From: the human T2T-CHM13v2.0 reference genome, Homo sapiens
Assembly: GCF_009914755.1 (NCBI RefSeq)
Contig: NC_060928.1
DNA length: 64,000 nucleotides
Reading direction: 5' to 3' (one strand)
This document shows positions 15,364 to 30,097 of the stretch, piece by piece. Both the position numbers and the translations under genes were made by a program. Numbering within the stretch: position 1 is the stretch's first letter; each line of letters begins with the position of its first letter. The notes under the pieces were generated by a model, which saw nothing but the letters and a program-made list of their open reading frames with translations, was not told where the DNA came from and made no database searches.

Positions 15364-17363
15364 CATGAGTGTGAGGAGAAGTTTTCACTCTGCCGTGATC
15401 AAAGGCCAGGTGTATTTCAACCCCTGAAGGCATGGTGTTTCACAAGCCCTGACTGGCTCATGTAAGCAAATATAATTAAATCAGTTCTGTCAAAGCCAGC
15501 ATGTGCTCTGTTTTCTTTGTTGTGATGGGACAGAAATCAAGGGCCAAAGATCCACAGAACTCAGTTAGATTGCTTACGGGCTCTGAAAGCACGAAACGTA
15601 AGTGCCGTTTCCCTCCATGTTATCAGGGGAGAGGCACGGGTCAAATTACGGCATATACAAATAGGCCACGTTCGAGGACCTTCATACTTATGTATTTATT
15701 TTTTTACGTCAGGTATCAGTCATTCAGCCTTTTTTTTCCTTTTTCCTTCTCACTCTCCCTTTCCTTTTTCTTTCCCCTCCCTCTTTTTTGGTGGCTGTTG
15801 TTTGCTTTTTTATATTACAAAAGTAATACAGCACCATCCTTTTTTACATGTAGAAAGTAGAAATAAAACAAAGAAAAGTCATCTGTAAACTTACCACAGA
15901 GGGAGACACTCTGAACATTCCTGGGTGTGTTTTTAAGCATACTGTACATGTGCATTTTTAAGCATAAAAAAGAAATTTCTTGAAATACACTTATTTGGAT
16001 AAATAATTTAGAAGTATTAATAATTTATTTAATATTATTAGTTAATAGTAATGGCTAATTACTTAATGTTAATATTTTATTGATGATTTTATTCTGAAGC
16101 TTTTGCTACATACTATAAAATTGCTCTCCAGAAATGTTCTATCCCCTTTCACTCCCACTGGGAATGTAGAATACCTGCTTCCTCGCGTCAGCTCTCATCA
16201 ACCTTGTTGGATAAATAAGTAGACCCAAAGATCTGGTGGTCTCAGGTTTTGTTACTAAAGGCAAAGCTGCTTATTGTAAACATAGGAGAAAAGAAATCTT
16301 TCTGAGTGGTGACTGGAGCTTTCTGGAGTGGAAAGGTATTGTAAATGAAAGAAAGACAGGTGCCACCTCTACTCCAGGGTTATTGAGAGCTTGTCTGAAA
16401 TACTTTGTAATGAATGATTTAGGTCAATGAGAGGGCGATTCCAGTGAAGGAATTGTAGTATCGAGAAGGCAGGTGCGGGCAAGAGTAAGTGAATGGCCGT
16501 TATTGTCTGAGATTAAAGCAGCAAACCCTTCAAATAGAGAACGCATTGTGTGCAAGAGCTGATTAAGAACACGGCTGAAAGTGAACATCAGTGTACATGG
16601 GAGGGTTGTTCTAACTATAGAGTTTGTGATTTACTCCATGACATAGACCTTATCTTGAGTGAGTTATGATATTTTCTGGGTCTCAGCCATGAGCCCTCAA
16701 TGAGCTGACCTTATTGTGGTAAAATAATCAGAGTTCAGGTTAGTCATCACCATCTATCTGGGCATGCCAAGGAAAAATAATAAATGGGCAACTGTGTAAT
16801 GCTTAGATTTAATCTCATTAGGAGGCCTTCGTGGTAAAATTGTGGGAACTGAATTACAGTGAACTAACTCTGGAACCTATGCTGTAATGTCAGAATCATT
16901 CTCTTCTATTCAAAAAGCAATTATGCCTAAAATTAAAACATAACTGTTGTAAACTAGCTTCATGTTTCAAGCGGCAACCAAGCAGTTCTGAACCACGAGA
17001 TGCTGAGTGAGTAGACACAAGTTGGGACTAAGGTCAAGGGGTCTGCCTCTGAGCCCCTGGGCCACTGAGAGGGCCGTTCAGGATCCCAGTGGGGCAACTA
17101 GTCCGTCCATCAAATCCAAGCCCTGCAGACAGGAAAATTAACATGCATCTAAGGCCTTACAAAATCAAACTATGGGAAAGAGGAGATGTTGAAAAAAAAG
17201 TTGAAAATGAAACTCACCATTCTAAACATGACGCCTACCCTCAGATGTGAGCCCACCTTGAGTTAGCCATGGCCGGTGGCTCTTCTTCCCTCAGGCCTAA
17301 GCCACACCTCTTCAAAACTTCAGTCTGCCTATCCTCCGAGTCTGGGTTTCCTCCAACATCGTC

Positions 17364-17542
17364 CCTTTCCTTCTTTCTTCCTTCCCTTCTTCCTTCCTTC
17401 CCTCCCTCCTTTCTTTCTTCCCTCCCTTTTTCTTTCTTCCTTCCCTTCTCCTTTCTGCCTCCCTCCCTTCTTTCCTCCCCCTCTCTCTCCCTTCTTTCCT
17501 TCCTCCCTCCCTCCTTTCTCCCTGCCTTCCCTTCTCCCTTCC
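17364..17542. repeat. Polypyrimidine (CCTT/CT-rich) low-complexity tract
   Basis: About 180 bp of almost pure C/T. Confidence 0.92.
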
Positions 17543-20276
17543 TGCTCATCTTCCACAGGCAAACGTAGGGCGCACTCAGCCCCAAGCCCCGTTCCACGCT
17601 GCAGCACTAGACACGTCTAACGGGCACGGTTTGCAGCCTGCCTGGGCGTCCAGCAGCCATGCTCTCTCTGGACAACCAAAGGCAAGTTCTGCTGGAGCCT
17701 GACCGCCAGCTCAGTCCCCTCCGGGGTTGGTTCCCGCCATTCCTCTTGATCACCTCTCCCTCCCTCCCCACCTGGCTCTAAGGGATGGGTCGTCAGAGCC
17801 CGGAAGGGGGCAGCTGTGGAGCCGCTGCCTCTGATGATTTGTGGCTGAGACCCCGTGCAAGCGGGAGGCCCCTGCGATAGGGTTTCAGTCTGAAGAAGAT
17901 CTGGAGGGAGGAGGCATTTTTTCTAAGATGTTGATGTTTGAGTAGCAGTAATAAGGACAAGTAGGGCGTATTGTTTACAGTTGAAGACAATGAATAGTCT
18001 ACTTCTACTCCTCTAATCTGTGACTGTTACCCCTACAGCAAGGAGCTGACAAGACGTCCATGAAGCAAGAAGACATGGAAGGGGAGGAGCAGCCTCTCCC
18101 CCCTACTCTCCCGCCCCGCCCCGGCCTGCCCCGCCGGCACCAAACGCAAGCATCAGACTCACCTGCTCTCCGGTGTGTGTGACCAAGAACCCTGCGGGCT
18201 CCTCTCCACCCTCCACTCTCAGGAAATAACAGGAAAGATGTCTCCCTGGCATGCCTGGACTCGTGCGTTTATTCACTCAGCCCAGGAGTGCAGGTGCTCG
18301 GGTGCAGGCCTGGCCCCAGCACTTACTGGCCACATGCCTGACCTTGGGGAGGTTGCTGAAGCTTTCTATGCCTAGCTCCCTCACCTGAAAACTGTGGCTA
18401 TTACTAGTCCCCACCCCCTAAGGCTGGTTGGGAGGACTAGGAGATAAGGCAGGTGAAGGGCTTGGCACACCATAGGAGTCCACTGCATGCTGTCTCTTGT
18501 TGGAGAGATGGCCATCAAACGCCTGCTATGATCCAGCGCAGGGACGTGGCCCCTTCTCCCAGCTGGAGGATGGGCAAGAAAACCACACAAGACAACCCAT
18601 GCTGGCCGTCGGGGTCTGGAGGAGCAAGGTGGACCGACATCCAATCAGGCTGGGGTAGGAGAAGGGACTCAACAGAGATTTTGCAGAGGGAATGACCGAT
18701 CGATTGAATTCCTAATGGTAAATTAGGCTTCACCAGGTGAGGAGAGATGGGGATGGGAAAGGGGAGAAAACTCCAGGTAACGAGTCGTTTGCCGGTGTTT
18801 CTCTAAGGTTAGAACAGATCACAAAGACTCTCTGTGGCAAAGAGGATGCAGTCGAACCGGGAAGTGTCTCTTCTGCCATGGGAAGAAATTTAAACTTTAT
18901 CCCAAAAGCCAAGGGAAGACCCTGAAGGATCTTAAACAACCTGACCCCCTAAAGGTGTAACAAACCGGCATTCGATTGTCCACCCTCATCCTTATCATGT
19001 ATCTGAAAGAAAACACAGGGGATTTTTTTGTTTTTGTTTTTTTGGTCTTCTCAAAAATATTTGTCGTAACACATGTCTGGGATGTGAATTGTGGCCAATT
19101 TTTCCTGAAGCAGTAGTTATGATTTTGTAGAGGCAACTGGCCAGATATTAAATGCTTGCTCCTGTGAGATTTTTTGTCCCCATCTCTTTTCTCATGTGGT
19201 ACAATCATTTCCGAAAAGGACCCACCAATTGTATTTCTTTATCCGGGTCCTCCACACGGATGGATTCGTGGCAGGGCCTTTTGCAACATTTAGGGCAAAC
19301 CACTTGGCTGAGCTGTCAAGTCAGCGCGCGGGTAATCAGCAGATTTATTCGAGGAAATATATTTATGGTCCTGAATGGCTGTTAAATGGAGCCATTATCT
19401 GGCCTTCTTGCTGTTGCTACAAATGTCCCTCCAGAGCGTGGGTACCCACACTAAGCCCATGATGCTTCCAGGTCATGAATTCAAGACGGTATTTATGCTG
19501 CCTCCAGTCAATGCACACGCATGTGCTGAGGTCATGTCAGTCGCGCTTCTTGAACGCTGAGGCACAAACTCAATGCCAGATGCTTTATTAAACATTCCCA
19601 GGGCAATCAAAGGCAGAAAGAGGGAGAAAAAGGATTTGTTGAACAGCCAGTGGAGACGAGGGGTTGAAATGCCGCCCTAAATTATTCATGGCTTGCTCTG
19701 AGCTGAGGAGGAATCATAATAAGCATCCTGGGGCCATTGTAGAGGACATCATCTTTCTTCTGGCCCCAGGGGTGCCCTCTCCACAAGAGTGTAATGAGAA
19801 AAAGCCCAGCCGAGCAAGAAGCCTGGACCAGTGGACCATCTGCAAGGAACGGCAGGGCTGGAGGTCTCGGGTTGAGCTTTCTGAAGACCTGGCACAGCTG
19901 CAACGCGACCAAAATGGAAACTCTTGGTTTCCATGTTCTAGTCCCCACTTTGCAAATATGCTTTGAGACATCGATGCTTTGAAATTTCTTACAAAATGTC
20001 TGTGCTAAACCCCAGAATACCATTTCCATATGTTCTTGTTTTGCTTCCATACCTCTAAAGCTTGTACAACAGAAATGGGAACAGATTCTTAAAGAACGTA
20101 CCCATTTTTATTTATTTAAAGAACTAATTTTGTATGTATAGACATAGGCATGTGTGTACAGAAATACAGAAGGGTTGCGAGTATCAGCAACTTAGATGCC
20201 TCCAAAGTCTGATATATGTGCACCTTTAATGAGGAGAGATTACTATTTCAAAAGGGAAATTCTTACAGAATTTTCA

Positions 20277-20852
<576 letters not shown>

Positions 20853-21020
20853 TCAGAAAACATAGCAGGGGGCGCTGCCAGAATGAGAAGGCCCTGGGCA
20901 GGAACAGCTGGTAGTTAGTTGCAAGTCATTGCCTAATCCGAGCAGCACGTAGGACTCCTCTTGAGCCCTAAACTTTCATCAAATCCTTGTGCTGTTAGTG
21001 CCTTGGGAAATGAAGAGAGA

Positions 21021-21208
21021 GGAATTGAGGCCACCAAGGAATGCAGGCCACCAAGGAACTCAGGCCACCAAGGAACACAGGCCACCAAGGAACTCAGGCC
21101 ACCAAGGAACTCAGGCCACCAAGGAATTGAGGCCACCAAGGAACTCAGGCCACCGAGGAACACAGGCCACCAAGGAACTCAGGCCACCAAGGAACACAGG
21201 CCACCAAG
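21021..21208. repeat. 17-bp minisatellite, 11 copies
   Basis: Unit GGAA(CTC/CAC/TTG/TGC)AGGCCACCAA, contiguous with no spacers. Confidence 0.97.
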
Positions 21209-21555
21209 ATGCATGAAAAGCAGGAATTTGTAACAAGAGATCATTGTGGGAACATAAGGCTGTATCCCCCACCCCCAAATCTGGGTAAGTCTCCAGAAGG
21301 CTTGGTGAGACCTTGAACCTTCTGTATCTAGAGCATGCTGGAGAGCCTCCAGCAAGTCACACGAAGATGGCAGGAAAAGGACATTCCAGGGGCTGGAGGA
21401 CGTTAGGAGCATCCAGGAAGCTGACCCCAGATCCCAATCATGCATAGTTTTGTGTCAGTATCAGAAAAAGAAGAAAAGAAGTGCTTGTGAGTCATCATCT
21501 CCAGATTAGCTGTTCTGAGTCTCTGCTGGGCACCAAATCAACACCTCCGTCTCCC

Positions 21556-21945
21556 GTTATAGACTAAATTGTGTTCCTCCAGAATTCATATGTTGAAGCC
21601 CTAACCCCCAACATGACTTGGAGAGTGGGCCTTTAAGAAGTATTATCATTAAGGTTAAATGAGGTGATAAGAATGAGGTTCTAATCTAGTAAGGCTGGTG
21701 ACTGTGTAAGAAAAGGAAGAGAGACCAGAGACCTGTCTCGCTGCAAGCACAGAGGAGCGGCCGTGGGAGGGTACAGTGAGAAGGCAGATGTCTGTAAGCC
21801 AGGGAAAGAGGCCTCACCAGAAATCAACCCTGACAGGGCCTTGATCTGGGATTCTCAGCCTCCAGAACCGTGAGAAGATACATTTCTGTCATTTAAGGCA
21901 CCCGTCTGTGGTATTTCATGGTGGCTGTCCAAACAGATGCACGCA
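21556..21945 (+). mobile_element. MLT1 (MLT1A/B-like) LTR
   Basis: aattcatatgttgaagccctaacccc...cagcctccagaaccgtgagaa...ctgtggtattt. Confidence 0.85.
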
Positions 21946-21982
21946 GCTCCTGATGCACTTTTCTTTTCTTGGCTATTTTTTA

Positions 21983-22289
<307 letters not shown>

Positions 22290-22291
22290 GT

Positions 22292-22670
22292 TGCTATAGT
22301 TTGAATGTTCTGTCCCCTCCAAAACTTATGCTGAAATGCAATCCCCAATGCGACAGTATTGACAGGTATGGCATTTGGGAGGTGATTGAGACATGAGGGC
22401 TCTGCCATCATGAATGAGATTAGGTGCTCTTATAAAAGGGCTTGATGGAGGAAGTTCAACTCTCTTGCCCTTCTGCCTTCTGTGAGGACACAGCCTTCCT
22501 CCCCTCTGGAGGAGGCAGCATGAAGGCGCCATCTTGGAAGCAGAGACTGGACTCTCACCAGATTTGTCTTGGACTTCCCAGTCTCCAGAACTGTGAGAAA
22601 TACATTTCTGTTTTTACTATAATTATCCAGTCTTAGGTAATTTGTTATAGCAGCACAACATGGACTAAGT
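22292..22670 (+). mobile_element. MST (MSTB-like) MaLR LTR
   Basis: TGCTATAGTTTGAATGT start; ...gttatagcagcacaacatggactaag end. Confidence 0.85.
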
Positions 22671-23480
22671 AAATGCCTTTTCAGTTTTTCTGTTTGATAA
22701 AAAGAAGAGAGCTCCAGTAGGCACAGTTCCTTCTTTTTAATTTCTTCAATTAATGAGGTGCTAGTTTCCCGTTTGTCTAATTGAAGCCATTTTTCCACCT
22801 TTCACTAGTGTAACACGTAATTGCCTCATATCTGAAGAATGGCCAGATGGCACAAACAATTACAATATTTTTTTCAAAATAGAAGTGATTTTATTGGGTT
22901 TTATACTATAAGATGAATTTTTTAAGAAATATATGTCTATTTTTTTTTAAATCAGATAATACAGAAACCTAGAGAAGGAAATAAAAATACCTCATTTTCT
23001 ACTACACAGCTTTTTTACTTTCTAAAAATGCAGTTGTGTGCAGTTGCATAGGTGGCTTTAGTGTGTTATAGCTCTATATTGTGAATATCTTTCCAAGTCA
23101 TTAAATATGGAGCTTTATTTTAAATGGTTGCATAGTATTCTATTCTATAAATTCTCATAATTCATGTAACCAGTCTCTCATTTTTAGACTTTTTAGAAGC
23201 CATGAAGTCAAATGACCTTTGACTGACATTTCTGCACACTTAGCCAATTGTTTCCTGGGATGTATTCATCCTAGAAGAGGGATGCATTCAGTAACCCTTT
23301 AACACATGTGTTGTCTTCTAACGCACAGCTGGAATGAACACTGGAGACAGAACAATGATCCCAAAGACGGACATGGTCCCTCCTCGAGGTTTTGAGTCCA
23401 GTGGTATTACACAAGGCGCTAAAGTGTGATGAGTGTTTCCATGGGGAAATACAGAGCATTTTGGTTAAAAGGAAATGTAC

Positions 23481-24100
<620 letters not shown>

Positions 24101-24179
24101 TCAACTAGGTAAGGTTATTTTTCTATTGTCCTGAGCATTTGTAAGAAGACACTTAGCAACCCTAATTGCATTTCAAAAT

Positions 24180-24273
24180 GCAATTCACATTCTGAAATCA
24201 TACGTAAGTCTTCGCTTGTGTATGATTTTCAAATCAAGTGAAGACTTGTGTATGATTTCAAAATGCTAATTGC
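24180..24273 (+). repeat. Inverted repeat with 39-bp arms and 16-nt loop
   Basis: Arm 24180-24218 pairs with 24235-24273: 33 Watson-Crick, 3 G-T, 3 mismatches. Confidence 0.9.
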
Positions 24274-24619
24274 TTAATTTCCCGAAGATATGCTTAAATG
24301 TCACACCTGCAGCAAATTGTTCAGAAGCTGAAATTGGTCCCTTGTAGCCTTTCTTGTCTAAACCTCCCTGACTTCACTATGCTCCATGGCATCCAGCCGT
24401 CACGTTTCCTCCCACCCACGCAGGGACTGCTTCCCGTGCTGCTCCTGCTGAGTACTACCCACCCCTGCAACTGAGAGTTTGCAGAGGCCTCTGCTGCCCC
24501 CTGGACCTCTTCTCACGAATGCATAGCTGTTCTTTACTTTCTGCACAAAGTGCATTCATGTGGAAGGCTTTGGGTGAGTGGAAAAATGGAATGAAAAGGA
24601 TAAAGGGTTGTTGCTGTTG

Positions 24620-24906
<287 letters not shown>

Positions 24907-26780
24907 GGCAAAGGGTTTAAATAGTGATCCACTCTGGGAGAACCTGGGAAAGTTGGCAAATCCCATACCAGGTGGATGGATCCATGGCTACAGGCATATC
25001 CATCATGTGGCCCCGTAAATCAGTATGAGAAAGAAAGTGCCATTCATTCATACAACTAATATTTTTTGAGCTCCTAATCTGTGTGAAGCCTAGTATCTGA
25101 GGATATAACGTGTGTTTATAGTTCTACGAAGATCATAAATTGTTGTATTTCAGTTACTGTTATACTAGGGGACCTGCAGACCTGGAAAGCCATTCCCAGG
25201 AGGGGGCGTTGGTAGGTCCCACGAAAAGGTGAACAAGTTCATTGCATCAGTCCTCAGGGTGACCCCTCACGTGGGAAAGCAGAACTGAGGGGAAGAGCAC
25301 TAGGGGGTGGGGCTTTCCTTGGAATCAAGGAGGAGACACATGGAGGACTGACCTGAGATGGCCCTGTCACCTACCTGTCACCCGCTGCACGAGGCCGGCC
25401 CCTGCGCCTGTGAGGCTGCACTGTGCCATGGAGCGAGAATTTCCCCGTGGTAGGATCAGACCTCTGTCTCTGGAAATCTGACTTTTGTATGCTACCAACA
25501 TTTTTCTGTAACTATTTCCTCTTTGCTTTTCTTTGTCAATGCCCTTTTGAAAATGCCAACTTGTCTCCTTTGTACTAAGAGACACCAAGGAAAGGAACTG
25601 TGTGCGTGCTCAGGTTGGGTAGTCCCCTGGGGACAGTGGATTAGCAGAGGAATCAAAGCCTGGGGACGATGAGGGCTTTCATCTTTCTCACAATACCATC
25701 CATCCTCTTTCTCTTCCTCTTCTTCCTGCTTCCTCTTTCTCCTCTTTCTGTTTATTTTTATCTCTGGCCACCCCTTTCCAGCCCCTCTCTAGCTCAGTGA
25801 CAAGCTGAGAAAGAGCCAGACCTCCTGAGACCCCATGAAGAAACAATACTGCACAGGAAGTTTGATGGTGACCCCCAGGGCTGCCGCCAGTGGGAATCAT
25901 CCTCCCAAAGCACAGAAGGGCTTACCGCAGCCCTTCCTGAATTCTTACACTTCCACGGGAGAATAATATCACTCTTTGATTTAATTATAGTAGAGCTTTG
26001 CTCTTTCCATGCAGGAAGCCCTTAGTGATAGGGCCCAGTGAGAAAATATAGAGGCTGTTCTCAGCAGACCTGATAAATCCTGAGCCACGCTGGAAGAACA
26101 GTGTCTCAGGTGTTTGATTCATTTCAACACAGTTCCTGTATTATTGGATTTTCCTTGTGATTTTGTGAGGTTTTCACGGATGGTTTGGGGTGTTTGCATT
26201 CTTGCTCTGACAGGGAAGATTTGGTTCTTTGTCTGCGCAAGAACCACACAGCATCCCGAGCCTGGAGCAAATCAACTCAAAGATACACCCATCCTGGGCA
26301 GGTGGTTTACAAGGGCAGTGCTGACAGCCAGGCACAGGTACTCGGGGTGCAGAGCGGGGACAAATCAAACCACGACCCCAGTGCTTGTTGTCAGCGTTGG
26401 CTACACATTATTGGAATTCAGAAAAGATTCAATCGTGTGCGAACTATTGTAGCTTGATTTGTTTATGGACTTTTATTTTTAGACTTTAAAAACGTTCCCA
26501 ATGTTAAACTCTCCAGGCAGATGTACGGTAGCAATACAGTTACACGACCAGCAAGCTGACGACAGCCAGCCAGCTCCTAAAATGGTTTAAAACCAATCTC
26601 TGCTGTCACCTTCTCTCAGATCAAACCCAGAGTAAATATCCATAGTCTTTGCTGTCTGTCACTAAAGGTCAGAACAGATACCAAGATGTAGGAGGCCGAT
26701 AGCACCAGTGCAGTTTGGAGCTGAAATCTGCCCTATAGTACCCCCAGATGAGAGCAAAGTCCTCTTTAAAAGCTCGCTAA

Positions 26781-27083
26781 GACCAGGCACAGTGACTCAC
26801 GCCTGTAATCCCAGCACTTTGGGAGGCCGAGGTGGGTAGGTTGCTCGAGCCCAGGAGTTCGAGACCAGCCTGGGCAACGTGGCAAGATCCTGTCTCTACA
26901 AAAGATACAAAAATTAGCCAGGCGTGGAGACGTGTGCCTGTAGTTCAACCTACTTGGGAGGCTAAGGTGGGAGGATCACTTGAGCCCAGGAGGTTGAGGC
27001 TGCAGGGAGCTGTGATTGGGCCATTGCATTCCAGCCGGGGCAACAGAGTGAGACCCTGTCTCAAAAAAAAAAAGAAAAAAAAA
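26781..27083 (+). mobile_element. Alu (AluJ)
   Basis: Dimer with AluJ diagnostics. Confidence 0.93.
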
Positions 27084-28039
27084 GGCTTGCTAATTGATTT
27101 GTGAGGGCCAGCAGTTGGAATCGCCTCCCTAAGCACAAGGAAGTAATGCCCCAGCATGAAGCAAGAAGTCAGAGGACCTGGTATACAGCTAGGACTTCCC
27201 AGCTGCACAGCCTCGAGCAAGTGCGCCTTCCAGAACCTCAAGCCCCCATCTGAAAAGAGGAGAAATGATGCACACTTACAGGGTTTAGAGGGCGACATCA
27301 TTCACCCAACACGTTTTTACTGGGTCCGAAATGTATGCTAGAAATTGTTTTAAGCACTGTGGATACAACTGTGAACAAGACAGATACAGGCCCTGGCTTG
27401 GTGTTTGAGGTCATGTTGGTAACACTGAGACGTGAATAGACAGTATTAATGACAGTGTCATCACTGCAGTGGGACGGGAGAAATTCAGGATGCCACAGCC
27501 CTTAACACAGCTAGGGGTTGCAGACAGCCTTCTAGCATCGAGTCTTCCACACTGAATGCCAAAGGCTGAATCAGAGTGGCAGGCATTTGCAGGGAAAGTG
27601 TGCGCGATGAGGAGAGGGAGAGGACGGGAGGGGAGGGGAGGCGAGGCCCAGGCCTGGTGATTCCTGCCTCACCCCAGGTCAGTCCCGCCTTTATACCCAG
27701 CTTGGAGGGTAAGGCCCGGGGGAAGGTAGCTGGGTGAGCTAGCTAGGCGAACCTGGAGGCCACAGGCTCCCATCTCTCAAAGGCCGCATCTCCCAGAAGC
27801 AGGGCGGTGAGCAGTGCTCCCACAGAGGAAACCCGAAACATCTGCTGGTTCTGTGAGTTGGTTCGGGCAATTTATTCAGTGAATTGGTTTCTGTTAGGTC
27901 TGGAGGATACTTTTAGACAATTCAGAAGTGCTTGTCTGATCTAAAATACTCACTGACCTGGGTGGGGAAGCAATTCAGTGGCCCTGGGGTCTTATTTAAC
28001 AACTCCCCGCACCGTGGACTCTGTCGCTCCTACCCATTC

Positions 28040-28240
28040 ATGACCCCTCCTTAATTAGCCCGGGCAAGCCGTCAGGTGACCCCAGCCCCAGCCAATATCT
28101 GATGGCAGCTGCACAAGAGACCCCAAGGAGAATCACCTGCACCCAGGCAGGCCACTGAACCTGAGAGATAAACATATACTGCTGTTTTAAGCCACTAGGT
28201 TTCGGGGTGAGGGTTTGCACAGAGATAAATAACCAGAACA
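28040..28240 (+). mobile_element. MLT1 LTR 3' fragment
   Basis: gctgttttaagccactaggtttcgggg...ataaccagaaca terminus. Confidence 0.7.
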
Positions 28241-28268
28241 AAGGACAACCTCAAAGGTAGCTGTTAGC

Positions 28269-28533
<265 letters not shown>

Positions 28534-28612
28534 GGAACTGTTAGCACTGTGGTGGCATCAGATTTGCCAAGGCTGACACTCTGCCTAAGGAAGCTGTAGC
28601 GTAAGAAATTCT

Positions 28613-28944
<332 letters not shown>

Positions 28945-29448
28945 TAAAGTAAGGCCTATAAAACCACTGTCTTATTACAGGTACAGCTTCCAAGGCACTC
29001 ATAAGCATTCAGAGAGTAATACCTACTTATCAGGAGCCCCAAAACAGAATAAAGAAAAGAGAAATGTTGGAAATAACTACCTTTTAAAGATAATTAGGTG
29101 TCAAGGCAAAGCATCCTAAAATTTATAGTGTGAATAAATAAGAACATTACGCAATGACCAAAATTAGATTCTCAACCTTCCAGGAAGAAACACAGATACT
29201 AGACAGCATTAAGTACACTCACACTTCAAAAGTTACATCTCACAATCACAGTAATCCAGGTCACTTTGATCCCCAACCTGCTTTACTCGACATCAGCCAG
29301 CCTGCGGTACAACTAAGGAGAAACAGAATTGAGAGTTGAATTTTCCAGGTTGGTCATCTACACAGCTCCACTTCACCGGACAGCTGCTAAACTCCCACGT
29401 TGACACCTGTCAAGAGGAGCTTCTGCTATTTTTGCAAGTTTCAATGCT

Positions 29449-30097
29449 ATTTGAGCACCGATACGATGCCGCAAGTAGAAAATTCCACAACTAACCTCAA
29501 GTGAGACTGACAGGTTGCAGTTAAAACACAGTCAAAACTGACCAGGCACGGTGGCTCACGCCTGTAATCCCAGCACTTTGGGAGGCCGAGGTGGGCAGAT
29601 CACCTGAGGTCAGGAGTTCAAGACCAGCCTGGCCAACAGGGCGATAACCCCATCTCTACTAAAAATACAAAAATTAGCCAGGCATGGTGGCACATGCCTG
29701 TAACCCCAGCTACTTGGGAGGCTGAGGCAGGAGAATTGCTTTAACCCAGGAGGCGGAGGTTACAGTGAGCCAAGATCACGCCACTGCACTCCAGCCTGGA
29801 TGACAGAGCGAGACTCTGTCTCAAAAAAAAAAAAACCAAAAAACAGAAAACAAAAAAAACCACCACAGTCAAAACTTTGTTTCATGCATAAAATTACTAA
29901 AACTATTGTATTAAATTACCTTCGGGCTATGTCTATAAGGTACATATGAAACAGAAACAAATTCTGTGTTTAGACTTGGGTCCCATCCCCAGGATATCTC
30001 ATTATGTATATGCAAATATCCAAAATACAAAAAAATCCAAAAACCAAAACACTTCTTCCCCACCCCCAAGCCTTTCAGACAAGGGATACTCAACCTG
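29449..30097 (-). mobile_element. MER2 (TcMar-Tigger) interrupted by an Alu
   Basis: Terminal ...AAGGGATACTCAACCTG; ttagacttgggtcccatccccaggatatctcattatg. Confidence 0.8.
29540..29860 (+). mobile_element. Alu (AluS) inside MER2
   Basis: 13-bp TSD CACAGTCAAAACT at 29527-29539 and 29864-29876. Confidence 0.95.

Noticed and set aside
21021-21208. CRISPR-like look of the 17-bp array, and its ORFs (20933-21233)
   Set aside because: Units are contiguous with no unique spacers, there are no cas genes and the context is eukaryotic; the ORFs are repeat translations
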